A stretch of 63,011 nt of DNA, counting the filler, from Saprolegnia diclina VS20 (lineage: Eukaryota): NCBI RefSeq assembly GCF_000281045.1. It is 5 parts of 2 records of this genome, joined end to end, with 100 filler letters (N's around TTAATTAATTAA, not from the genome) between each part and the next. Parts side by side here need not be neighbours in the genome. Positions count along the whole stretch, not along the records: positions 27,849 to 52,131 come from NW_008246106.1; positions 52,232 to 58,926 come from NW_008246106.1; positions 59,027 to 61,682 come from NW_008246106.1; 2 more parts are not named here. One strand, written 5' to 3'. The notes beneath the pieces are model-generated. The model saw only the letters and a list, made by a program, of their open reading frames with translations, had not been told where the DNA came from and searched no databases. The position numbers and the translations under genes are program-made. The first letter of the stretch is position 1. Each line of letters starts with the position of its first letter. Positions 47,211 to 59,414 of the stretch are shown here, in pieces.

Positions 47211-50116
47211 CTACAGACGGCGCCGGGCGTCCTCGACGCGCTTGGCCAGTTGGCGCGCGCGGGCCAAGTTGCTGTGCGGCGGTGTCTGGCGTTGCATGTG
47301 CGCCCGCACCGCTCGGGCTGTTGCTTGGCCGGGCTGGCGCACCTTGTTGATGGCAATGTGCGCACGGTCGATCGAGTACACGCGCGACTTGCGCAAGCGC
47401 TGCGGGTAGAATGCGACGACGGCGAGTACCTTCTTGCAGACGGGAAATGAGCATTTGTCCTTGCCCGGGTTGATCAGGAACGAGTTGAAGCTCTCGCAAC
47501 TGTAGCAGCACGGAGCGCGGATCATGAGGCTCGGTAGAGCGTACCCATGAAGAACGGCGTGACGCGGAAAGACTATGGGCAGCGTCGATAGGAGGCCGTC
47601 GGCGAGCCGCACAAACACCCGCGGGTGCGACGGACACATGTCGTTGAAGCGCTTGAGCACTGGAAAGAGCGTCTTGTGGCTGAAGCACGATCGACGCGCC
47701 ACCGGAAGCCAAGTTTCGGCAAACGCCGAGAGGCGGCGCGCGTCAAATGAGGCAAAGAACGTATCGCGTCGAGCGCGACACCGGCGTACGTGGTCATGTC
47801 CTTGACGAGCGGGCTCCTGGCGCCGTGGATGTAGTGGCGTCGGAGCCGACCCAGGAGCGGGCTGCGATTCTCGTCAAACGGGTCAAACTCGTTGTCGCTG
47901 TCGGACGCGTCCTCACTGTAGTCTTCCATTTCTTCCAAATAGTCTTCGTCGAAGTAGCCGTCCTCGCCATCGTAGATCCTGCCGACGTAGTGCCCTTCCT
48001 TGTCACTTGCAAAGAAGAGCAGCAGGTTGCCGCAGAGCTCGACCATGATGGGTGTCACAAGCGTCGGCCAGTCGTGCAAGAAGGCGACGATCGCTGGTGC
48101 CATCGCAAGCCGCCACGTCATCGCGAGACGGTCCAGCAACGACAAAAACGTGTTGGTGGCCGCACCGAGTGCGAGAAGCGCGGCCATCATCTCGATAGTG
48201 AGCGCCGAGTCGACGCCGTGCTCATCGTTGTCGTAGGCGTCCAGGACGTAGCCGATCCATTTGTCGAGCGACGGGTGGTAGCCGTGCCGGAGGACGTCGC
48301 CGAGGGCGGGCAAGACGTCGTACATGGTGTTGAAATCGTGCTCAAGACACAGCTCGGCCAGACTCCAGCGCGGGCCTCGGAACGACGCCACGTTGGCCAC
48401 GATGACGTCCGGCAGCGCGCCGTAGAGCCACCGGTCGGTCAGTGGCGCTCGCGCGACAAACACCTCCAAAAGTAGGTGACCCTTCAGAAGGCGCAGTGCC
48501 AGCAACGGAATGTCGGCATCCTCGTCAGCGCGGTCGTACTCCGTATGCGGCATGTGTCGCATGCCATCGGCCAACGCAGCGAACGCGTCGACGACCCACT
48601 CGGTGAGATGGGGCGCGGCCACGGCATCGCAGACTTCAAAGAGCGGAACGTCGATGCCGTTGGGACCATTAGGGCGGCGGTCGGCGACGCCGGCGAGGCT
48701 GGTTACGAGGCGGTAGCCGTGGTAAATGTCGGCGTCCGTGCGCGTCGCCCAGCGCTGGATCAAGCGCAATAGCGGCGGCGCCATTTTGGCCCAGCCAAAC
48801 GTCGCAATGTCGCGCGCGAGGTTGGCGCCCATATCAAAGAGCACGTCGTGTATCGTAGGTCCCACGAGAAAGATGTCGGAGAAGAAGACGTCGAGCCACT
48901 GCAGTCGCTGAAGGCGGCCGAGTGCTTCGTGGAAGAGAATGACAGCTGTAAAGTACAGGTAGTCGTGCAACTCGTGGGGTTGCTGGAAGCGCGGCAGCAC
49001 GGCGCAAATGAGGTCGTCGACACTGGCGCGGCCAAAGAGGTCGACGTCGCTTGCTGGGTTGAAGCTATGGTCGTAGAGGGCGCGGGCGATGGCCGAGAGC
49101 TCCGACATCGTCGCCCGGTACGGCTTGGTCCAAAAGACGAGGCCAAACCGCGGGTTTGTGCCATTACCGTACAGCCACGCTTGGACAGTAACGTGGCCAA
49201 TGCACGACTGGAGCGCCTCGACGTTCTTCTCGGCACCGTCAGCAAATGCCCACGTCGCCAGACCGCCCGTGAAGCTGCCGCGCGCGTAGGTATGTTCGAC
49301 GATAACGAGATCGTGCGACGGGAGCAGCGCTGCGACAACGGCCTTCTCATCTAGCGTGAGGTTGCCGGGATTGAGCACGCCCATGCCAAAGATGTTGATC
49401 GTCGGCGACGGTCGGCGTGCGACGGTTGCAACGGCCGCCGCCGCCGCGCGCACCCGGTCCGTTGGACGGTCATGGAGCAGATGGTAGACAAGCAGTACCC
49501 GGCGGCCGGCCGTGATTGTACCTGCCGAGATCGGCGTGGACGAAAGAGCAAGGGCGCAACGCGCGGTCATGAGCGGCACCGACGTGTACATGGGAACTGC
49601 ACCGAACCGAGGTGCATCGCCTACCGCGTACGACGGCAGCGCGATGCAGAGTGTGCCAAACGCGTTGCTTGGCCGCGTCGCTGGCCGCAAGCTCTCGCTC
49701 CGACCTACCGTGTCGATCGCCAAGTGCGCGAGCTCGTACGTAAACGCCCCGGACGCGAGAAATGCTGATTGCACTTTTGAACGAACGACGCCATCGAGCT
49801 CGGCTTGCCACGCCGGGTTGTCAAAGCGGAGGCGGCTTCCGGGTACGACCGCGCACGCTGCGCCGTTGCCGTACGTCGACAGCACGTGTGTAGCTTGCAG
49901 CGTGCAGAGCGGGAGGCCAAGCCAGTCGTCGTCGTCGATGCGCACCAGCGGCTGGAGGTTGGACGCCATGTTAAAGACCAGCGGCGGTGTCGACAAGACC
50001 TGCGGCTTGAGCAGCGCCAGCGCATCTTCGTAGAGCTTGACGTCGCCGACTGCTGGCATCGATGGCGTCGCCGCCGCATTCGTCGACGTCTTGGCGACGC
50101 GCCGCTTCTTGCTCAT
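47211..50116 (-). CDS. Large protein with a degenerate 2OG-Fe(II)-oxygenase-like N-terminal domain; apparent frameshift near 47761
   Basis: LGLPL, FDNPAW, FGTLCIALPS and ITAGRRVLLVYHL match the long 2OG-Fe(II) oxygenase-like family. A C-terminal CCYSCESFNSFLINP motif lies in a different frame (47211-47760). Confidence 0.7.
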
Positions 50117-51011
50117 CTGTGATTACTGGCTCGTGTTTCCGGACGTTGGACTTGTCCGGATACGAGGCAGAGCGACAGCTGGTTTGGACATGACGTGGCG
50201 CTCGGTACGGCGCGTATTATTGGTGGTGTTTTGTTTGCATTGATGCGGTCCACAATATATTGTACGAAACGGCACCACTGTACTGTCAGTTCTTATAGAA
50301 TTGATGGGCTACGAGCCGGAAGGGCAACGACACTTGAATCGTGCGCAAGTCCATTTGACACGCTAGTGTAGGTGTTGTTAGCCAGAGCATGGAGGCATTG
50401 CATGAGAGGTAAACGCAATGGTCGAGAAGTGACGATTGGCCTGCGAGTGGATGCGCAGCATCATTGCGACGAGAGAATAGCGGACGGTCATTACTGAGAA
50501 GCGGCGCCGCGCCAAAGTCACCTTTGTCGCCAATGTCGTCGCCACGATCGCCGACGTGGAAGCGCAACTGGCCACCATCCACGACGCATCGAGCAAGCCA
50601 TACAATGCACACATTGACACGTTGAACTAGTAGAGAGATTGGAGTTTGAGGTCCCGGGCACCAAGTGTCTGTTGAGAAGGTGCGAGGCGCTGTCGCGATC
50701 GAGGGCCAGTGTCTTGCGAATGTGTCAAGCTGTGTGTAGGACCAAGAAGCTTCAGAAAATGCGACACCTCGGGTCGTCGTGCACCCGCCACGGCCATGTA
50801 TCAAAGGCACAAGGATCGACGATGGAATGGCCAAGCTCATGATCGAGTTGCGCGTCGAGCTCCAAGCCCTTAGCAAATTTTGTCTATTTTTCTCTAACAT
50901 CAAATGGCAAAGGAATGCAAAAGTAAACATTCGTACCAGGAAAAGGTGTATATATTATTGGACGGCGAAGCTAACACAGCCTTGGGACCTGGATACAGTG
51001 TAATTACTGTC

Positions 51012-52112
51012 CTATGCGGTGGAGGACGCGATGTTGTCAATATATCGCCAGGCCGTGTGCCGCATGCTCTTCGAGTGCTCGTCGACTTGGCTGAGCCAGT
51101 GCGAACTCACGGGCGTCGACGCCGACCACGTCGACGGGCGGAATTTCTGAAAGTACTTGAGGTCCGTGCCGCCGGTTTTGTTGGCTTCGAGCATGAGCCA
51201 CGCGACCTCGACTGTATACGGCGTCGACGGGTCGTACGGGCGCGACTCGTCTTCATGGATGCTGCGGCAGACCACGACGACGCGCTCGTGACGTGGCACG
51301 CCCTCGCAGCTGTACACCTTGCACAGAACGCGGCGTTGAAACTCGCCGAGCGGGTGGTCAAACGTGCCAATGACATAGGTCGTGTCACCGTCAATGGTCA
51401 CGAGCTCCTTGCAGCGCCGGTTCCATTGCGCGATCGACGCACTCCCGCGCAGCACATCGAGCGACGCGAGCAAAACGCCAGGCAGCGGCTGATCGATGTG
51501 TCGGCAGCTAATCGAGTGAAACTCCATCGCGTCCTGGTGGCCGTATTTCGCAATGTGTTTTTGGATGTTGCCCGTAGCGTCGACAAGGCTCGCTTCCACA
51601 AACGCGCTAAAGAGCTTGGCGTGCTCGCGGTCGAGCATGTGATGGATCGCCGAAGTCCGGAGGCTCGGGTCCTGCACAAGAATGAGCTGCTTCCACTTCT
51701 CGGTGGGGTTGCCCAGGTCGTTCATGGCGCCGGTGCGCGCTCGCGTTTTCTCGAGGAGGTTGGCGAGCGCCTGCGCCGTAACCATGTGCGCTTGCACGAG
51801 CTCCTTGAGCTGCTTGTTCTCGCTCCTGGCTTCGCCTTCGCGCCGGGCTTCGTCGAATGCGAGCTGCTTCCACTTTGTAGGAAGCTGAAATTGGTTGACC
51901 TTGGCTTGCTGGAGTTGAAGCAGCTTGGCCTCGAGCTCGCCGGCCGCGCGCTTGAGCTCGTCGCGTTCCTCGCGCTTCTTGAGCCGATGGCGCTGGAGGA
52001 TCGTCTTGCGGTCGTCGAGCGGCTTGGGGCTATCAGCGCAGAGCAGGTCCAGCATCTCGCTCTCCTCCGCCGACCACTGCATCGAGTAGTCGCAGGCTAC
52101 CAGGTCGAGCAT
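51012..52112 (-). CDS. Oomycete M96 mating-specific-like protein (basic/coiled-coil N-terminus plus START-like C-terminus)
   Basis: RKTILQRHRLKKREERDELKRAAGELEAKLLQL...WKQLA..EARREGEARSENKQLKELV is typical of this oomycete family. RVVVVCRSIHEDE lies in the C-terminal region. Confidence 0.7.
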   Translation of the reverse strand: MLDLVACDYSMQWSAEESEMLDLLCADSPKPLDDRKTILQRHRLKKREERDELKRAAGELEAKLLQLQQAKVNQFQLPTKWKQLAFDEARREGEARSENKQLKELVQAHMVTAQALANLLEKTRARTGAMNDLGNPTEKWKQLILVQDPSLRTSAIHHMLDREHAKLFSAFVEASLVDATGNIQKHIAKYGHQDAMEFHSISCRHIDQPLPGVLLASLDVLRGSASIAQWNRRCKELVTIDGDTTYVIGTFDHPLGEFQRRVLCKVYSCEGVPRHERVVVVCRSIHEDESRPYDPSTPYTVEVAWLMLEANKTGGTDLKYFQKFRPSTWSASTPVSSHWLSQVDEHSKSMRHTAWRYIDNIASSTA

Positions 52113-52244
52113 GATGACCGCCTCAGCTGCANNNNNNNNNNNNNNNNNNNNNNNNNNNNNNNNNNNNNNNNNNNNTTAATTAATTAANNNNNNNNNNNNN
52201 NNNNNNNNNNNNNNNNNNNNNNNNNNNNNNNTAGGAGCTATTTT

Positions 52245-53322
52245 GTATTTTGACCGACGTTGGCCATCAAATTGCAATCGGGAACGCACCGCGATAGCTT
52301 GCGTGTTATTAGCCACATTATCCGGATATCTGGTGCAGCATCGCCAGGCCGCGCGATCGACCACTTTGCGTTCGAAAACGAAATGTCCAAGACTTGGCAC
52401 AGTGGTAGAGGACGCTTTGGAGAGTACGGAAAGCGAGGTCGCATCGACGTACGAGGCGTACAGCGATAGCGAGACGCGATCCAAGATGCGCCAAACTAAG
52501 ATCGTAGTGCCATCTGAGAGCCACAACGCACTCCAAACTAAGATCGTAGTGCCATCTTAGCAGCATCACGCCAGGACGCTGACGTCGCTTGCCGGCAACA
52601 TCACGTTTGAAATGGAATCGCCCATAGTTGACACAGTGATAGAAGACGCTTCGGAGAGTAGAGCCCACCACGCTAGGTTACCGTTGCCGTCGTACAACGC
52701 GCGCATTGCTCGACCACAGAATCAAAGCGCTCTTAAAACGTTAAAATGCAAAGGACCGCATAGGCACACCGTAGTCTTCGTCTTTTGCACTTGTAGCGAC
52801 GATCTCCTTCCACTGGATAAAGAGTGCGATTCCTAGCCACATTCACACAACTACTAAGTCCAGCGCCATCGCGTCGTGTGGAGCGATTCGAACGAGAGGC
52901 TTGTAGCTCACAATGCTCGGGCTTCCGCACTCGCGGTGATCTACAGTATTGTCACAACGCGTGTGATGGGATTCATGGGTCCTCGTATGTCGGAGGAGGT
53001 CGCAAAAAACGATCGAATTCCTATGACGTGGCACTCGGAGAATGTCCCATCTTGGCGCAAATGCTCAGTCGTGTAAAAACAAGTGTAAAAGCGAGCACGA
53101 CAAAGGCGAAACGCAGTGCTTTTACAAGATAAGGATATCAGCCTTGAGCGCTGCTCATTCCGCAATTTGCGCTGCAGGGACTCGGCCGCACGGCACCGCG
53201 TCGCACGGCAGGGCGGTCGCAAGCGGGCGTCCTGTCGACTGTGGACGGTGAAACTCGTGTGGCCGAGGTCCTTCTTTCGCTGCGAATCCATGCGATACAG
53301 GACGTTGGCTTGCCAGGTAAGC
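52245..53322 (+). repeat. Decayed dispersed repeat unit Y (homologous to about 57190-58225; fragments at about 55780-55990 and inverted at 61025-61200)
   Basis: Collinear similarity with indels, e.g. attttgtattttgaccgacgttg, gcgatagcgagacgcgatccaagatgcgc and gtggcactcggagaatgtcccat. No intact ORF. Confidence 0.85.
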
Positions 53323-53424
53323 AANNNNNNNNNNNNNNNNNNNNNNNNNNNNNNNNNNNNNNNNNNNNNNNNNNNNNNNNNNNNNNNNNNNNNNNNNNNN
53401 NNNNNNNNNNNNNNNNNNNNNNNN

Positions 53425-54082
53425 GCATTTCCGAAATGGTCGACACATCAGGATGACGAGCTCGCTACGGTGCTGGCGTCGTAGAAGGAGCTGCACGAGC
53501 GCCGCGTCGTGACCAGAGCGCGCGCTCTCGCGGCATCGGTCTCGGTGGCTACAACCTCGAGCGCCTCCAGCATGACGTTCCGCTGCATGCACGCGGCCGC
53601 CACCCCAGAGGCTGCAGGCAGCGAAACGACCCGAGACCGCCCACCGCGAACGTCTCGTCCCGGCAAGGAGCCTTCACGCCCGTCGCTGCGATGTGCACGC
53701 TACGCTGAGGCCCGTCAAAAGCGCTCTGGCTCGCCACGTGCGGAAGAGCGTCGTGTCCAACTTACCCAAGGCGCTGCACTCGATCCTCGCGTGCACATCA
53801 ACCTGTAAGCGCTCTCGACATGAAAGTCGAGAAGCAAAAAGTCGTCAACTGCCTCGTCTTGACGCTCCAGGAAGGTGCAGGCGCGGTGGCTACGCTGATG
53901 GTCGACAGAATCGATCCGCATCTCGTACGCTGTGACGACCCAGACAACACGACGTTCTTCAGCACCAAGCGCGCACTCTACGGCCTCTAGATGTATTGTG
54001 TCTGTAAATGTAAACTCCATGTAAATTATACACCTATGTCGACGCAAACCGAGTGCGGCTGTACAAGTGCTACGTGCTCCCC
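53425..54082 (+). repeat. Near-identical duplicate of 60267-60924 (decayed gene relic)
   Basis: Constant offset of 6842 nt with only a few substitutions. More diverged relatives lie at about 54470-55250 and 58440-58920. Confidence 0.92.
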
Positions 54083-54200
54083 GTACTTTTGTACAACTGT
54101 GGCACATGGGCCCTCACGCCAACGAGTCTGGCGGGCCTCAACAGCTCCCATCGCCGGCAGCTGCGTCGTCTCTTAGGTACTAGTATCTTGTACCCGAACA
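54040..54200 (+). mobile_element. RTE-clade LINE fragment (region C-terminal to RT); second copy split between 60882-60924 and inverted 61555-61682
   Basis: RLYKCYVLPVLLYNCGTWALT...LNSSHRRQLRRLLG matches the RTE motif RLY...VLPxLLYGxETW.LT......FH.R.LR.ILG. Confidence 0.75.
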
Positions 54201-56155
54201 CGCTCTCCGACTTGGTGGGTCGGCTTTTGGGTAGAATTCGCGCCATTGACCGCAAGTCTCGGGCAATATTCACATTGAGAGTGCGCATTGGGACTGGAAA
54301 CACTACCAACATCNNNNNNNNNNNNNNNNNNNNNNNNNNNNNNNNNNNNNNNNNNNNNNNNNNNNNNNNNNNNNNNNNNNNNNNNNNNNNNNNNNNNNNN
54401 NNNNNNNNNNNNNGACATCAATAGCCAGCCAATCTGCGATTTGCCGACGAGCCACGCCGCCGCCGGCCCAGCAATGGGCGCTGGCCCGCAGCAACCTCTC
54501 GCCCGCCGCGAACCTCGCGCTTGGCGGCGCGTCAGATGCGATAGGCCTAGATCATGTCGACCTCGCGGCGTCGGCTGCAAAGGCGCCCAAGGACAATGAG
54601 AAGGTGCCGCCGGTGCCTATTTCACACTGCGCCGGGTCTCACGGATGCGAGGCCAAGCTCTACGCCGCTTCGCGCCTTGACCGTGTAGGCGTGCAGTGGG
54701 CTCTTATGTTGCTCTCGTGTTTCGGCAACGGCAAAGCTCTCGTCTTGAGCAACCTCAACTAGTCGCGCGTCGCGGCGATTGCCAACGTCTCGGACGACGA
54801 ACCTCGACATTTTCTGCACGCCAACCGTCGCGCTATACAAAGGCCAAGAAGAAGGCCGACGCCGTGCCTCGTCACCGCAGTCACGGCGCCAGACCACCCA
54901 CTGCGAACCTCTCACCCCGGCAAGTCGCGCCGTGGCGCCCATCGTTGCGCAAAAAAGCGTCGTCCACTCACCCAAGACTCGATCCTCGCATGTACATCAT
55001 TCTGCAAGCGCTCTCGGGCAAGAACACTGAGAAGCAGACGATCGTCAGCTGCCTCGTCTCGACGCTTCAGGCAGGTACAGGCGCGGCTGCTACAAGCTGC
55101 CTCGGCGTGCTGATGGTCGACGGTATCGACCCTCATCTCGTCCTGCGCCAGCGACGACCTACACAACACGACGTTCTTCAGCCCCAAGGGTCCGCTCTAT
55201 GACTACTAGATGTGTGTATGTATCTGTGAATGTAACCCCGTGTAATTTATGCAGCTATCTTGACCCAAGTGCTGTGTATTGGACCAGATGCAGCTTCAAA
55301 CTTGCGATCGAAGCGCCATTTGATGTCGAATGGAAAGTGGTTCGGGCCTTAGTACTAGTAGCTGCGCTTGATAGGATGCTTGACTGCGCCGACGACGATG
55401 CTTGATGTGCCTGCCAGCGCCTAGAAGCGCGCATTGGCAATCGAAAGACGCCTCACGTGGCCGCCCAGCACAAAAGCTGCTAACATCGACACCACTACAG
55501 CCGCTTCCTAGCTTTGTGTCTCCAATTGCGCAGTGTCGTGTGTCCTTAACCACCGTCCTTCTCGATGGTCGACACGAGCTCGTAGGCGGGAACTCGACAA
55601 TGTCGACCGCAAGGCTGGGGCCTCACGCACTTTGTGGTCGGCGACGCCGGGTCTGCGACTGCGCACCAGCTTCATAGCTCGTAGCGCACTCGACTTGCTT
55701 CCTCGGATCTGCTCTTGGTGTCCACAGGCCGCGCCGTGACACGAACATCTTGGACGATGGCTGGACGCCATCTCTAGCGCCAAGCTCTGTTTTGACCGCG
55801 ATCTTAAGTAAATGCTTCTCATTGGTCTTATTTCAGGACATTTATAGCCTATCACAAGCCGCCAGTTGCGATCGACCGCCGACGCGATCGCGTCGTGATA
55901 TCGACATTCAAAATGGAATCGCCCATACTTTGCAGACGTATACACTTCGGTCTGGAGAGCCCAACACACCAAGTCACGTCGCCGATCGATGTCTACATCG
56001 AGAGATATTCCCCGGCAACGATCCCATCGCATCCCATCAGGGAAAAGTCACCACCAGAAAGCTCGATGTCATGACAGATCGCGACTGGGTGATCTCTTCC
56101 AACTTGACGCAACGATGCGTATGCAGTATTGCTTTACCCGCGTCTTCATCACATC

Positions 56156-56395
56156 ATGGTCAAGTTTATCGTCGCCGCCCTCGCGCTCGTCGCCAGCACT
56201 TTTGCGGCCGCTGCTACCGTCGACACGCCGGTGCTGGGTGTCGCTACCAAACTGAGCGCCGAGGCGGGTCATACACAACAAAACCTTCGCGAGGGCGCCC
56301 AGAAGGAGTGCTTTGGGTCGATCTGCGGCTTTGGTTGGGGTCTTGGTGGCGGCTGCGGTCTCTTTTGGCCGTTCCGTTGCGGCGGCTGGTTCTAG
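56156..56395 (+). CDS. Small secreted Gly/Cys/aromatic-rich peptide precursor (79 aa)
   Basis: Signal peptide MVKFIVAALALVASTFA, then a spacer ending NLREGAQKE, then CFGSICGFGWGLGGGCGLFWPFRCGGWF*. Confidence 0.8.
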   Translation: MVKFIVAALALVASTFAAAATVDTPVLGVATKLSAEAGHTQQNLREGAQKECFGSICGFGWGLGGGCGLFWPFRCGGWF

Positions 56396-59025
56396 ACGCC
56401 ACGTTTTGTGTGGAGCGATTGACCAATAACCGNNNNNNNNNNNNNNNNNNNNNNNNNNNNNNNNNNNNNNNNNNNNNNNNNNNNNNNNNNNNNNNNNNNN
56501 NNNNNNNNNNNNNNNNNNNNNNNNNNNNNNNNAATTCACGCATTCATATCGCAATCAGCTTGGACGCATCAACGCCACCGCATGCATATTAGCTCGACTG
56601 AGCGGTACCGCTGCTTGGTAGACTGGGTTACCGGGTAGATCTTGGGCTATTGACCGCAAATCTCGGGCAATTCGTTTCGAGAGCGCGCAATGGGGCTCAA
56701 AACGCTGGCAACACCAACACGCAAAGTCTTGAACTCGATTGTCGCTTCCACAGGGCCTATCGCCATATCTGAACGCTCCGAATCGCTCCATCCGCTGCCA
56801 AACGTGGGCAATTCGTCAAGTACGCGCGCAAAACACTCATGCCGGTGGTACCTGCAGAATGAATTTTGCGAGCTTACACGTAAAGTGGCCCCTCGTCCGC
56901 TGCGTCGACTTGCGCTGCTCAAAGATTTCCAGCTCACCCTGCACGAGACCTGAAAAAGCAAGGACGCAAACCATATTATGCATTTTGTCATGAAGGCTGC
57001 GGTTGTGTTTTCCATCGTATCCTTCTTTGAAAACGGCATATGCCATGAATAAGTTCCTCGTGATGCCGCAAATAGTACAATTCGGCATCACTTTGGACAC
57101 AAGTTTCGAGCACTGTAGGCCGCGCACGACGGTGCAACTTGGTGCTCCGTGCTATACAAAGCAAACTTAATCACTCTACGACGTATGAGCCATTTTGTAT
57201 TTTGACCGACGTTGACTCGCCATCAAATCGCAATCGGGAACGCCCGCGACAGCTTGCGTGTTATTAGCCACATTATCCGGATATCCGACCCATCCATGAC
57301 CAGGCCTCGCGATCCACCACTTTGCGTTCGAAAACGAATCGTCCGGCCTTGGCACAGTAGTCAGTAGTAGAGAACACTTTGGAGAGTACCGAAAGTGAGG
57401 CTGCGTCGACGTACGAGGCGCACAGCGATAGCGAGACGCGATCCAAGATGCGCGCCAAACTGAGATCGTAGTGCCATCTGAGAGGCGCTACGCACTCCAG
57501 ACTAAGAGCTTAGTGCCATCTTAGCGGCATCACGCCAGGACGCCGACGTCGCTTGCCGGCAACATCACGTTTGAAATGGAATCGCGCAAAGTTGGCTCAG
57601 TGATAAAAGACACTTTGGAGAGTAGAGCAGACTGCGATACGTCGTCGTTGCAGGCCTAAAACGCGCGCAATGCTCGACCACAGATACAAAGCGCTCTTGA
57701 AGCGTTCAAATGCAAATGGCTGCATTGGCACGCCGTAGGCGTCGTCCTCTGCACTTGTAGCGACGGTCTCCCCTTCCAGTGGAACAAGATTGCGATTCCG
57801 AGCAACATTCGCGGAGGTACGACATCCAGCACATTCTGTGGGGCGTTTGGAAAGGCTTGTAGCTCACAATGCTCGGGCTTTCGCACTCGCAGTGATCTAG
57901 TATCACAACGCGTTTATGCGTCCTCGTTTGTCAGAGGTCGCAAAAAACAATTCATTCCTATGAAGTGGCACTCGGAGAATGTCCCATTTCGGCGCAAACG
58001 TTCAGTCGTGTGTAAAAGCGAGCACGCCAAAGGCGAAACGAAGGGCTTTTACCAGAGAAGGATAGCAGCCTTGAGCACTGCTCATTCCGCAATTTGCGCT
58101 CCAGGGCCTCAGGGTCTAGGCCGCACGGCACCGCGTCGCACGGCAGGACGGTGAAACTCGTGTGGCCGAAGTCCTTCTTTCGCCAGGAACCCCTGCATTA
58201 CAGGGCGTTGGCTCGCCAGGTACACAAAGATCGCAGCGTCTTCATGCAGCATGCGAATTGGCTTGGGTCTGCGTCGTCGAGGATCGATGATCACCACGCT
58301 CGATTGGTGGTATCAGTATCGTGTTGAGCAGCGTCGCATCCATCGAGCACCTGCACCAGCACCTCGGTATAAGTGCGTACATGCGCGCAAGAGGCTTGCG
58401 CAGCAGTCGCATCCGTATTGGGTCGTGGTTGCTGGCGTCGATGCAGCGCTGGTCGCAGCCATCGGCGCCGTACCGGATGAGAGAGATGCCATTGCTTTGA
58501 TGTTCGGCGTCTACGTGCTGTGAGGTATATAGTCGACGCGCCGAAACAAACGCTGACAGCGACAACCTCGAGCGTTTGTGCGAGGAGTACGACGATGGCC
58601 TCGACCGCGTCGCGCTCGTGACGTCGTTTCGAAGCATCCGGATAAATAGCCGGACAGTGCAATACCTTTCAAAATGGGCGCCGCGACGAGACGAGGAACT
58701 TTGCCGCCGCCACCGTAGCATTGGGCGCTGCGCGCGCCGCGTCGAGTTCGGACCGCGCTCGTCTTCTTGCGGCGCATTGCCACATGGCGCACATCTCGAG
58801 CGCCTCACGCTTGACGTCCTGCGGCTATGGCAGCCAGCATTGAGACCGCTGGCCCGCAGCGACCTCTCGCCCGCAGCGAACCTCGCGCTCGGCGGCGCTT
58901 CAGATGCGATATGCGCTCAAGCTACCNNNNNNNNNNNNNNNNNNNNNNNNNNNNNNNNNNNNNNNNNNNNTTAATTAATTAANNNNNNNNNNNNNNNNNN
59001 NNNNNNNNNNNNNNNNNNNNNNNNN

Positions 59026-59414
59026 NTCGACCTTGACCGCGAGGCCAACTTGACGAGCGAGTTCTCATCGCAAGCGAGCACCACGAGCGTCGGGACGACA
59101 GGCGCCGCAAGCGTGGTGGCAGTCCACGTCGGCACCGACGAGAGACTGAGCAAGCCCGATGCTACCAGCGCCGCCGAGTTGCGAAGCGTCCAGAGCTCCG
59201 TCGGCGGCTGCACGAGCTCCTCGACCATCGCGACACCATGTTCTTCGCTGCTGAGCGAGACCGCGAGGGCGAGGCCGTTGCCCGCGCGCACACGCAGGAG
59301 GTCAACTAGCGCGTCAAGGCTGGCCTCCTGGACGCCGCCCGTCGTCGACGCAAGCCTTGTCCGTGAGCTCGGCAATGAGCGGGTCCATACTTCTCGGTCG
59401 TGACCATTGCTCAT
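59026..59414 (-). CDS. 5' fragment of a hypothetical gene, truncated by a gap
   Basis: Open frame with coding-like composition from the ATG at 59414 into the gap. A CCAAT-like tttaagccaatca lies at 59538-59550 upstream. Confidence 0.4.

Noticed and set aside
52491..52560. 42-bp-period duplication of ccaaactaagatcgtagtgccatct
   Set aside because: Only two units, inside a decayed repeat; there is no evidence of function.
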